From Ignavibacteriota bacterium (lineage in GTDB: Bacteria; Bacteroidota; Ignavibacteria; UBA10030), in the NCBI GenBank assembly GCA_963727825.1, contig CAVSHO010000009.1, positions 932,428-996,427 on the forward strand: 64,000 nt of DNA, in the 5' to 3' direction. This document shows positions 18,682 to 27,932 of this stretch, piece by piece. The notes beneath the pieces were generated by a model that was given only the letters and a program-made list of their open reading frames with translations, was not told where the DNA came from and did not search any database. Made by a program: the position numbers and the translations under genes. Positions within the stretch are counted from its first letter, which is position 1. Each line of letters opens with the position of its first letter.

Positions 18682-20058
18682 CTATTTAGGTTCTGCATGA
18701 ATCATAATTCTTCGCAGCTGTTTGAAATGCTGAAAGAGCACCGCCTCCACATCTGAAATAATTTGATGCACTTCATCCAGTGTTTTTGTCTTCTCAATCT
18801 GACATGTAAGCGTAGCATTGTACTGATGCCCCCTCTTCAGTAATGTTAAATCCTTGCATGCAAAAACATCTTTGTGAAGTTCCGTTACTTCTTGAATTTC
18901 CTTAGACAGATTTACCTCGGCGTCTGTTACATTCAGAAGAATGCGTTCAGATGGATGATATTCTTCCATGTGGATTGTTACCTTGCCGATAGATGGAAGA
19001 GAGGTTTGAATTTGCCGCTCGATCTCAGAAGTCATTTCGTGGGCTTCAGTAAAACTCTTTCCTTCTGCATATTCCACATCAAAGTCGATAAAATAATTTT
19101 CGTCAGTAAGATGCACTTCTATATTATGTGGTGCGCGCAGGCCATTATCCATCATAATCATCCGGATTTTATCGATGATAGTTTCATCCCTCGCTTCGAA
19201 CGGTTCCGCATGCACGACAACATCAGCGTTGGGATGAATGTTATGCACAGCTCGTTCGATGCTGTCCATAATTGAGTGAGCACTTTGAAATGGAATTGTC
19301 CGGCGGATAGCGACAACGGTATCCACGAAAATATGTGCCCCGGAAGTGCGGATACGTACTTTGCGCAATTCTTCTACACCTTCTACCGATTTAATAACGT
19401 TTTCTATTTCTTTAGTTAAACTGTGCGGCACACGATCCATCAGAGCGTCAATAGTGCGGCGTCCCAAGCGGTAGCTCACAAACAGCACCAGTAACGCTAC
19501 CCCAATAGCAGCAACTGCATCGAACTCAGGATATCCAAGCCACACAAAAAATAGTCCGCCAATAACAGTAAAAGACGACCATATATCGCTGGAAAAATGC
19601 AGCGCATCGGCCTCGAGTGCTTGACTATTGTGTTTTCTTCCAATCCGATACAAAGCACGCGACCGGCTTGTGTCAATTAAAATTGACACACCCATCACAA
19701 TAAAACTCCAAATATTTGTTTCGACGTGGTGTGTGTGCTTCAGCAGGTGGTCAACACCTTCCCAAACAATCCACGCGCAAGTGATGATAAGTAAAAGTGT
19801 TTCTACGAATGCAGAAATATTTTCTAACTTACCATGACCGTATGGATGGTCTTCATCAGCGGGGCGGTCGGCAAAAGAAACGGCTAGCAAAGTAATAATG
19901 GCTGCGAGAAGATCGAGTCCGGAATGTGCCGCTTCGGAGAGAATGCCAAGACTGTTTGTCCATAGTCCAATGCCAAGCTTAAAACTTGTTAAGAATACCG
20001 CAGCAAGCACCGAGGTTAATGCTATAAGTTTCTTTTCTTTATCAGCTGTGAAAGTCAT
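18682..20058 (-). CDS. Cation diffusion facilitator with three C-terminal dimerisation (ZT_dimer-like) domains
   Basis: SEAAHSGLD, PADEDHPYGHGKLE, ADALHFSSD; three repeats ending VHAEP, IHMEE, IHAEP. Confidence 0.92.
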   Translation of the reverse strand: MTFTADKEKKLIALTSVLAAVFLTSFKLGIGLWTNSLGILSEAAHSGLDLLAAIITLLAVSFADRPADEDHPYGHGKLENISAFVETLLLIITCAWIVWEGVDHLLKHTHHVETNIWSFIVMGVSILIDTSRSRALYRIGRKHNSQALEADALHFSSDIWSSFTVIGGLFFVWLGYPEFDAVAAIGVALLVLFVSYRLGRRTIDALMDRVPHSLTKEIENVIKSVEGVEELRKVRIRTSGAHIFVDTVVAIRRTIPFQSAHSIMDSIERAVHNIHPNADVVVHAEPFEARDETIIDKIRMIMMDNGLRAPHNIEVHLTDENYFIDFDVEYAEGKSFTEAHEMTSEIERQIQTSLPSIGKVTIHMEEYHPSERILLNVTDAEVNLSKEIQEVTELHKDVFACKDLTLLKRGHQYNATLTCQIEKTKTLDEVHQIISDVEAVLFQHFKQLRRIMIHAEPK

Positions 20059-20261
20059 AAATGAATGTGTTCTTATTATCGGTCAATATACAGAGCGTTT
20101 AGAAGGAGTGCAACGAACATTGCATAGGACAGCGAGTTTGCATATATTCATAACAATTAAGTAAATGCCAAAACAGAAAATGGCGTGAAAAAGCAGTAGA
20201 GCCGCTTAGTATTGATATCGAAAATAGCGAACTGAGGAAATAATATCGGACCAAAAGAAAT

Positions 20262-20963
20262 ATGCGCGTTGCAATCATTTCTGATATTCATTCCAATCTT
20301 GAAGCGCTGATAAAAGCGTTTGAGATTATCGATAAACATTCTATTGATGAGATTATTTGTCTTGGTGATATCGTTGGCTATGGCGCCAATCCCAACGAGT
20401 GTGTCGAACTTGTCCGTCAGCGTTGTAACCTCGTCATCAAAGGCAACCACGAAGATGCTTTGCTCGACATAGCAGTTGCTGATGATTTTACAGATAACGC
20501 ACGCTCGGCAATTCTATGGACGCGTGAACAAATCACAGAAGAAAATTTCAGCTACCTTAGCTCGCTTTCTCTTATTCATAGGAAGAAAGACATGATTTTA
20601 GTCCATTCTTCGCCATGCCAACCACAGGAATGGAATTATATTTTTGATGAGGATACCGCTGCACGTGCTTTCCGTTGTTTTTCAGAACCGCTATGTTTCA
20701 TCGGACATACGCACATGCCAATGATATTCTCTCCAAACGGTAATGCCTCTGCAATTACAATTGATGAACGCTATCTAGTCAATGTAGGGAGTATCGGTCA
20801 ACCACGTGACCGGAATACTAATTTGAGCTTTGGCATATTTGACACCGGTGCATGGACATACGAAAATATCCGAAGTCCGTATGATATAGAAACAGCCGCA
20901 GGGAAAATATTAAAAACCACATTACCGCCAAAACTGGGGCAACGACTATTAATAGGAGTGTAA
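20262..20963 (+). CDS. Metallophosphoesterase (calcineurin-like)
   Basis: SDIHSN, GDIVGYG, GNHE, GHTH, NVGSIGQPRD. Confidence 0.93.
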   Translation: MRVAIISDIHSNLEALIKAFEIIDKHSIDEIICLGDIVGYGANPNECVELVRQRCNLVIKGNHEDALLDIAVADDFTDNARSAILWTREQITEENFSYLSSLSLIHRKKDMILVHSSPCQPQEWNYIFDEDTAARAFRCFSEPLCFIGHTHMPMIFSPNGNASAITIDERYLVNVGSIGQPRDRNTNLSFGIFDTGAWTYENIRSPYDIETAAGKILKTTLPPKLGQRLLIGV

Positions 20964-21047
20964 CTTAATCTCGAATAAAGAGTTGATGATTATAAATTAC
21001 AACCGAATAATCAGTTAAAGATAAAAAGAAAGATGCAAGAGAGAAAG

Positions 21048-21674
21048 TTAATCGTGAGTTTCATCCGCAATTATACCGCGCTCTTTGGCGTAATCATGAA
21101 GCTTTTCTTCCAGCATTTTCCTGCCGCGATGCAAACGTGAGCGGACGGTACCTATTGGGCAGTTCAAAAAATCTGAAATTTCCTCATACGTCAATTGTTC
21201 AATATCACACAAAATTACTACCGTGCGAAAATCTTCTGGTAAAGATTGCAGTGCACCTATAACTTCGTCGCTCAACATATTACTATACATACGTTTCTGC
21301 AAGTCGTTGGAATCGGTGCTGTCGTCGCGGATGGAATCATAAAAGTTTTCAACATCATCATAGTCAACCATTCCGGGCTCTCGTATTTCTTTACGATAGC
21401 GGTTGATATAGGAATTTTTCATAATGCGGAAGAGCCATGCGCGAATGTTTGTTCCTTTTTCGTATTTATCCCAAAAGCGAAATGCTTTCATAAATGTTTC
21501 CTGTAGAAGATCTTTCGCCTCATCTGCATCGCCGGTAGTGCGTAGTGCAAAGTTGAACAATATATCCTTATGAGGATACGCTTCGGCATTAAATTCCGTT
21601 TGTCGTTTAAGCAACGCTTTAGAGGTAATAGAGTCAGCCATGATATCTGCGTCCCTGTGAGCCATTCTATTCAC
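21048..21674 (-). CDS. ECF sigma-70 factor (SigH/SigR-like)
   Basis: DLLQETFMKAF, TNIRAWLFRIMKN, YEEIS...PIGTVRSRLHRGR; true start may be the ATG of MADSITSK. Confidence 0.92.
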   Translation of the reverse strand: MNRMAHRDADIMADSITSKALLKRQTEFNAEAYPHKDILFNFALRTTGDADEAKDLLQETFMKAFRFWDKYEKGTNIRAWLFRIMKNSYINRYRKEIREPGMVDYDDVENFYDSIRDDSTDSNDLQKRMYSNMLSDEVIGALQSLPEDFRTVVILCDIEQLTYEEISDFLNCPIGTVRSRLHRGRKMLEEKLHDYAKERGIIADETHD

Positions 21675-22885
21675 GGTTGCTTTAATAGCAGTGGTAACTC
21701 GGTTACAGGAAATGAGCGATCCAGTTTAATTCGATTTGCATCAAGCTCTGCTCCCCGCGCATCCACATCTTCCTCTAGTGCTGTGAAAGTATTGAGGTCT
21801 CCAATCTCTGTAATTGTAGCAATTTGTTCCAGCGAATCTGTTGAGTCACTCCATCGTGTTTCAAAGTTAATACCGACATCAACTTGGATTGGAGCAATTT
21901 GATTGTTTGATTGTAGTATGGCATTTCGAATGATATGATCACACCCTAATTTCATATTGAATGGAATTTGTTCATAGACTCCGGTATCTGCTTGCGCACT
22001 CTCGCCGGTGGCAATTGCATAAAGCGTTGTTAGCAATGCAACGCAATTCAACTTACGGATGAAGAATTTATTGGGATCACCCTTCCATCCGCCAGATTCT
22101 ACCAACACCGTGCTTGTACCCCACTTCTGAATATTGTCGCCAAATGCACGCGGCTCAAATGTATCATCCCATTTTGCCAAATGACCGGGAATAAATAGAT
22201 TTAATATTTGTGCAAAAGTCGATGCAACTTTCTTAGCTTTTACTCTAACCGGATTATCTGCACGTGATTCATCTGTAGAAGGAGCGAGTAATGCAATTGC
22301 GGTGATTTTTTTTGTTGTGCCGACCGTTAACCGTGTATCTTGATCATGAAGATTAAATCCGTATTCCGGCTGATACTTGTTGCATGTTTCTTTCAGGATT
22401 CTCGCTTCCGGAGTTTCAAGTGCCAGTGCATCACGATTTATGTCTATTAGTTGAGCAGTTCGGCGGGTAAATCGTTCGGCTCCATCCGGGTTCAGCATCG
22501 GAATAACCAGTAATGTCAATTTCTCTCGTATTGTTTTTGTCGCAATATGGGCTGGATGCTTGGCAAAGAATTTGAACATATCTATAAGCGCCATGGTCGC
22601 TGTCGGTTCATCGCCGTGCATTTGAGACCAGAGCATTACTTTTGTTGATCCGTTTCCTATTGAATAGAGAGAAATTGTTCTGCCTTCACCCGATATCCCT
22701 AATGGCAGGTTGATGAATAAGTCTTGCTCTTGAAACGATTGAAGCCACTTCAGCATATCTGCGTGTGTGATGCGGCAAGAAATAATTTCCGTCGCTTTGA
22801 AAGAATCATATAAATCAAACAAATCACGCGCAATATCCTGTGTTGCCGATTGAATAAATGCTGTCATGCCGGGAACTTTTTTCAA
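21671..22885 (-). CDS. M14-family zinc carboxypeptidase
   Basis: QMHGDE, NPDG, DINRD, FNLHDQ, LVESG. Confidence 0.9.
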   Translation of the reverse strand: MKKVPGMTAFIQSATQDIARDLFDLYDSFKATEIISCRITHADMLKWLQSFQEQDLFINLPLGISGEGRTISLYSIGNGSTKVMLWSQMHGDEPTATMALIDMFKFFAKHPAHIATKTIREKLTLLVIPMLNPDGAERFTRRTAQLIDINRDALALETPEARILKETCNKYQPEYGFNLHDQDTRLTVGTTKKITAIALLAPSTDESRADNPVRVKAKKVASTFAQILNLFIPGHLAKWDDTFEPRAFGDNIQKWGTSTVLVESGGWKGDPNKFFIRKLNCVALLTTLYAIATGESAQADTGVYEQIPFNMKLGCDHIIRNAILQSNNQIAPIQVDVGINFETRWSDSTDSLEQIATITEIGDLNTFTALEEDVDARGAELDANRIKLDRSFPVTELPLLLKQP

Positions 22886-23004
22886 TTAGAGTTAATTCTA
22901 TTTTATCTTATTTATAAGATAGTGCATTCTTCTGTTCTTTGCACCGATTTTTTATCTTCTTATTCGCATCGAGAAGAACCGAATTCTGAAAATGGAAACG
23001 CGTG

Positions 23005-23033
23005 TTGACATTCAAACGGTCATTCTTTATATT
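23005..23033 (+). promoter_or_regulatory. Sigma70 promoter for BMC genes
   Basis: TTGACA-N17-TATATT, 50 bp upstream of the ATG. Confidence 0.7.
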
Positions 23034-23083
23034 GGCTTCAACGTGAAACTTCCATTCAGACCACACACGTAAGGAGAATTTCA

Positions 23084-23380
23084 ATGTCAGACATTTCATT
23101 AGACGCACTTGGCATGGTCGAAACCAAAGGACTTGTCGGCGCAATCGAGGCAGCCGATGCTATGGTCAAGGCGGCTAAAGTAACACTGATCGGCAAAGAA
23201 CAAATTGGCGGCGGATATGTAACCGTTATGGTGCGCGGCGATGTTGGTGCCGTGAAAGCAGCAACTGATGCCGGAGCAGCAGCGGCACAGCGTGTTGGCG
23301 AATTAGTGTCGGTGCATGTTATTCCGCGTCCGCACAGTGATGTGGAAACCATTCTGCCTAAACGTCCAGCACAAAAATAG
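23084..23380 (+). CDS. Bacterial microcompartment hexamer shell protein (EutM/PduA-like BMC-H)
   Basis: [24 protein letters not shown]...[16 protein letters not shown]...HVIPRPH. Confidence 0.96.
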   Translation: MSDISLDALGMVETKGLVGAIEAADAMVKAAKVTLIGKEQIGGGYVTVMVRGDVGAVKAATDAGAAAAQRVGELVSVHVIPRPHSDVETILPKRPAQK

Positions 23381-23394
23381 TTTTTTGATATCAT

Positions 23395-23431
23395 AATCCC
23401 GAAGGATTTTAAACCGTCGGGATTTTTATTT
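23395..23431 (+). terminator. Intergenic hairpin/terminator between the two BMC genes
   Basis: AATCCCGA...TCGGGATT stem followed by a T-rich tract. Confidence 0.55.
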
Positions 23432-23448
23432 CATTCGGATGATAAATC

Positions 23449-24072
23449 ATGGTTGACTATGCTCTTGGCTTAGTGGAAACCAAAGGACTCGTTGCCGCTA
23501 TTGAAGCGGCTGACACGATGGTGAAAACTGCCAATGTCATTTTGATTGGTAAGGAAATAACGCGAGGCGCACTCGTAACAATCAAAATCGTTGGTGACAC
23601 TGCGGCAGTACGTTCCGCGGTTGAAGCCGGAGCAGCGGCTGCACAACGTATTGGCGAACTCGTTTCCAAGCATATCATTCCGCGTCCTGGAGATGGATTG
23701 GAAGAATTGATCTTTGCAAAAAGTCAACTTACGCAAAATGAAGTAGAACAAATTTTCAGCAGAGAACCTGCGTTGCTAGTAAAAAAGGATTTTCCTCCTC
23801 AAGAAGAAGAACCTATCGCACTACAAAACGAGAATGATGATAAGGTTAATGTAGAACCCAAGGAAGAACCGGTTCAGGAAGAATTGTACACGATGCCGGA
23901 GGGGTTGACTCCAGAACTGCAAGCGTACTTCAAACAGTTAGATTTAATGCCCGTGCATGAGTTACGCCGTTTTGCGCGAACCGTTGAAGGACTACCGATT
24001 TATGGCAGACAGATTTCTCGGGCCAATAAAAAGGAATTAGTTGAAGAGTTATTGAAAGCAAAGAAGGTATAG
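23449..24072 (+). CDS. BMC-H shell protein with acidic linker and C-terminal small helical (Rho-N-like) domain
   Basis: N-terminal BMC domain (ALGLVETKGL...HIIPRP), E/P-rich linker, C-terminal LDLMPVHELRRFAR...ISRANKKELVEELL. Confidence 0.88.
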   Translation: MVDYALGLVETKGLVAAIEAADTMVKTANVILIGKEITRGALVTIKIVGDTAAVRSAVEAGAAAAQRIGELVSKHIIPRPGDGLEELIFAKSQLTQNEVEQIFSREPALLVKKDFPPQEEEPIALQNENDDKVNVEPKEEPVQEELYTMPEGLTPELQAYFKQLDLMPVHELRRFARTVEGLPIYGRQISRANKKELVEELLKAKKV

Positions 24073-24237
24073 GGGCATAATTCAGAAATCAACTATCAGC
24101 ATTTAAGTTCTCAGCTTTTGGCCATTGATAACCGTTTTTTATATTGTAACTTCTTGCTTCTCCTAATTGGTTGTCTCCATAAAATACTTTGATGTAAAAA
24201 TATTGCCTTCATACAGTAAGCATATAAAAAGAAAACG

Positions 24238-25132
24238 ATGAATAAAGGAGCTTGGTACGCTGTCGGTGCATACACTTGCTGGGGATTGCTTCCAGTATAC
24301 TGGAAGCTGCTTCACCATGTTACCTTCGGTGCAATTGCTTGGGCATCGTATTGTCTGGTCATTCGTTGCGTTGATGATAATAATTTTGCTCATGCGGCAA
24401 TGGAATTCATTTCGATCTGCAGCTCTCGCCCCTCGAGTATTGCGCATTTATATTGCCGCAGCGGCACTCATCGGAATTAACTGGCTCACGTATGTATGGG
24501 CTGTCAATTCAAATCATATGGTGGAAACAAGTCTTGGGTATTTCATCAATCCGCTGCTGAGTGTCTTAATGGGTGTGATTTTCTTTCGCGAACGATTGCG
24601 TCCGTGGCAGTGGGTTCCTGTCGTGCTTGCGGCGGCCGGGGTAGTCTATCTCACGATTGTCTTCGGTTCGTTGCCGTGGATTGCGCTCACTCTAGCTTTT
24701 TCATTTGGGCTGTATGCTGTCGTCAAAAAAATTGCACCGCTTATATCACTTTATGGATTAATATTGGAAACAAGTATTCTGCTTCTTCCGGCAACGGCAT
24801 ATCTTGTTTATTCGGATACAACCGGCAGCGGCGTGTTTTTACATTTGGGAATCATATCCGATCTTCTATTGATTGGCGCGGGATTGACAACCACCATTCC
24901 CTTGCTAATGTTTTCTTCTGCAACGCAGCGCATTCCACTTTCGCTTATCGGTATTTTGCAGTACATCTCACCAACCCTGCAATTTCTTCTCGGCGTCTTT
25001 GTTTACAGGGAATCGTTTTCGTTTACGCAATTCATCGGCTACAGTATTGTCTGGGTAGCGCTAATTCTGTTCGGCCTGGAGGGATATTCTGCCTATCGCT
25101 CGCAATCTGTCGCGGAAGCGGAGATAGAATGA
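24238..25132 (+). CDS. rarD: RarD (EamA-family) permease, one-base frameshift at 24320-24321
   Basis: MNKGAWYAVGAYTCWGLLPVYWKLLHHV joins PSVQLLGHRIVWS if one T is removed; ETSLGYFINPL and GILQYISPTLQF are RarD signatures. Confidence 0.88.
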
Positions 25133-25261
25133 AGAGAAAATGTAATAAGTATGTTTATGTAATAAAGAAACAGGTAAAAAAAGATTGAGTGATTGTATTA
25201 TAATTGATTTAGTTAAATATAGCTGGGATTATGAGAAAAGAGGATGAAGGATAAAAAAGGG

Positions 25262-26422
25262 TTAATCGTAATCCTTTAAATAATATTTAGTTTTAGTTTC
25301 ACCAGTAACCTCAGTTTCTTCAAGCTTTTCTATACAATGAAAAATATAGTTCTTTGAACCAACTGTAATTCCGTTAAGATCTACTACGGTATCGGGAAGA
25401 AGGCAACCGCTAAAATATTTATTGTCTTCATTTGTTTGTAACGTCCAATATCCAGATTTTATGTTTATTTTTATAATTTTACCCTCGAGGTTAACATTTT
25501 CAATTTCATATTCTCTTATTGTCTGTAATTTGTCATATAAGGGAATTGCGCGGGACCGTTGAATAGAATGAGAGACGATTTTTTTGGATTGCGGATTTAT
25601 CCAAGAATAAGAAATGGGACTGTTGTTTGATATAATGAATTCTAGCAGTTTTAAGTAATTACTAAAAAAATGCCCGCGGTTTTCTTTTAATACACTTAAT
25701 GACTGTTCTGGATTGTCGACCAGCTCAAGTATGGCGTCAAGCTTATTCAGAGCGCGGGAAATATCAACATATCCAAAAGCGTCTACAAACATTTTAGCTC
25801 TAAGGTGAACCTCAAAAGAAGCTGGTGCAAAGGCATAAACATCTGTTTGATAATTTTCTGGAGTGTCTAGTTGTTTTTTTAACTTCTTGTCTGTTAAATC
25901 TTTAATAGCCTTTTTATATGAAAACTTTAAAAGGTTTTGAAATATAAGAAGACCTTGAGCCAATTTTATTGTAGAAATTGCATGGTCACGAATTGCTTCT
26001 GGTGGATTAAAATCTAAATGAATTACGGCGGTGTTTTGTAAAAGAGAATCATGAAGAAGTTGTTTGTCTTTTTTGTTTGTGAAAGAATTAATAATAATAC
26101 CGTGATCAGGTAACCATGATTCAGTGACGGCTTCCTTTGCTATAGAATCAATCGTTAATGATTCTGTGCCATAGGAATTAGTGCGAAGCAAATAATACTC
26201 TCCGAGTTCTGGTTCCTCAAATAGAGTTCTTAGATCGCATTCTCCAGAAAAAAGAAGATTTAATCTTTCTGGCGACAATGCTATTGTAAGGAATTCATCA
26301 TATTGACCAGAACGATTTATTAGTTGGCATAAGTACTTTGTGCCGAGCAAGTCTTGTGCTAAAAACAACACGGGACCATCAAAATACATTAACGTTCGCA
26401 GTATATTTATTTGCTTCTTCAT
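25262..26422 (-). CDS. Hypothetical protein: DUF6575-like N-domain, helical middle, OB-fold-like C-terminus
   Basis: YFDGPVLFLAQD...YLC...ALSPERL...GECDLRTLF...WLPD resembles DUF6575 (from memory); C-terminal GKIIKINIKSGYWTL beta-rich region; AT-rich. Confidence 0.6.
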   Translation of the reverse strand: MKKQINILRTLMYFDGPVLFLAQDLLGTKYLCQLINRSGQYDEFLTIALSPERLNLLFSGECDLRTLFEEPELGEYYLLRTNSYGTESLTIDSIAKEAVTESWLPDHGIIINSFTNKKDKQLLHDSLLQNTAVIHLDFNPPEAIRDHAISTIKLAQGLLIFQNLLKFSYKKAIKDLTDKKLKKQLDTPENYQTDVYAFAPASFEVHLRAKMFVDAFGYVDISRALNKLDAILELVDNPEQSLSVLKENRGHFFSNYLKLLEFIISNNSPISYSWINPQSKKIVSHSIQRSRAIPLYDKLQTIREYEIENVNLEGKIIKINIKSGYWTLQTNEDNKYFSGCLLPDTVVDLNGITVGSKNYIFHCIEKLEETEVTGETKTKYYLKDYD

Positions 26423-26823
26423 TTAGGCATAGAACAACGAGGGATAGGATCAAAGTTTCTGTCATTCCACCAGTCGTGATGTGTCTGACCCGCATCAATC
26501 GGAGAATGTTTAATTACCCCAGCTTCATTACTGAGAGTTATCGATATTATTAAATGTGGGTTGTTTTTAAAAAAGGGTATCTTATTAAGTGCGATACAAT
26601 CTTCAATAGATAAAAAGATTGATAAAGCTCTGGCTGCGCATTCGTCGAGAAATATCCTTCGGGAATTTAATTTTTTGGGGGAATGAAAATCTGTCTGTGT
26701 TGGTGGAAAACTTTTTACTAATCGATAGAATGATTTTCCATTGGGAAGCTCAACGTCAAGAGGTGGACATCCCTCGGGCAACTCTTCAGCCCATTGAAAA
26801 TCAGTGAGATTATTATTGGCCAT
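26419..26823 (-). CDS. Small putative ADP-ribosyltransferase-like toxin
   Basis: LPEGCPP...FYRLVK...DFHS...CAARALSIF...GVIKHS...HHDWW: strand-1 Arg and strand-2 Ser arrangement of ART folds; ATGA overlap with the downstream gene. Confidence 0.45.
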   Translation of the reverse strand: MANNNLTDFQWAEELPEGCPPLDVELPNGKSFYRLVKSFPPTQTDFHSPKKLNSRRIFLDECAARALSIFLSIEDCIALNKIPFFKNNPHLIISITLSNEAGVIKHSPIDAGQTHHDWWNDRNFDPIPRCSMPK

Positions 26824-27194
26824 TTAGTAGAATAAAGCTCAGTTGTTTGATATGTAAAATATAAGTTTTTGCTGAAATCGCAACCTATCAATTGAAAAGT
26901 ATTGATAATGAAGTAATATTAAAGTAAATCAGAAATATTGAAGAATGATAATAAAAGGTTGACGAGATATTTCTTAAATTGTTCCGAGAAAAGGAATAAA
27001 AGTCTCATATACATCTCACAATACGTGTAAAACATAAGAAACGCTTATATTTTTTATTGGTTAACCTCTTGCAGAAGTAATTCCCCGATAGAGAACATTG
27101 GAGCAGGCAGCGATAGGCTCTTGGTATAGAAAGAGTTCGAATAAAGGCAAAGAATCCAATTTAAGAGTAAGTATCTAAAATCTGTTTGCTCTGT

Positions 27195-27932
27195 CTATTT
27201 TTTCAAAGCCGCCTTGGAAAAAAGATATTCAGGTATGATGGTATCAAGAATAATGGAGTCGGTAAGAAACTCTGTTCCCGCGCCATCTTTGAAGACATCT
27301 TTATACAAGACCGACTTTGCTATCCATCGGCTCTGAACTTCCATTACTTCACGCACATCGATCGTCTTCAAGAGCTTGCCGCTCTTGGCGCAGAGATTTT
27401 CTTTCAAAAAAACAAAGCGCATTTTATCAACCCAAACTTTCCGGCTCTCATAGGCGATATCTTCCTTTTTAGCAGCGAGGTCTAATACCCAGCACGGACG
27501 TCCACTCACGGTTTCTTCAGATGCGATTTTTGCCGTGTAGAGATTGGGCAAATGCGGGTCTTCCATCATGTCCTCGTAGGAAAGATCGGAACCCATCATT
27601 GACTGCCGCAACATATGGCCTGAAATCAAGATTGTCCGATCTGTGGAAGGGGAGTAGGTCCACAAGATGTCCTGAAGCTTAAGCATCTTTGTACCTTTCT
27701 CCCTGGCAGGAGCCAGAAATTCGATGAACGCTTCCTTTGTGCCTCGCTGCCATGACTTTGCTTCTATAGTCCGGCTACCGCGTTCTCCATGAATCATCAT
27801 GTGTGAAGTGAGAATCTTGTTTTCCGAAAACATATTTTGATCTACCTTTTTAAGGATCTCATCTCCAGAAAGAGTTTGCCCCCTAAGAATTGTAAGCGGT
27901 AAGAAAATTACAAACCAGAATAGATACCTCAT
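27195..27932 (-). CDS. LolA-like outer membrane lipoprotein-sorting protein
   Basis: Signal peptide; FLAPAREKGTKMLK, MMGSDLSYEDM. Confidence 0.85.
   Translation of the reverse strand: MRYLFWFVIFLPLTILRGQTLSGDEILKKVDQNMFSENKILTSHMMIHGERGSRTIEAKSWQRGTKEAFIEFLAPAREKGTKMLKLQDILWTYSPSTDRTILISGHMLRQSMMGSDLSYEDMMEDPHLPNLYTAKIASEETVSGRPCWVLDLAAKKEDIAYESRKVWVDKMRFVFLKENLCAKSGKLLKTIDVREVMEVQSRWIAKSVLYKDVFKDGAGTEFLTDSIILDTIIPEYLFSKAALKK

Noticed and set aside
24496-25188. 230-aa alternate-frame ORF over rarD
   Set aside because: Lies almost entirely within rarD in another frame, has odd composition and no motifs or RBS.
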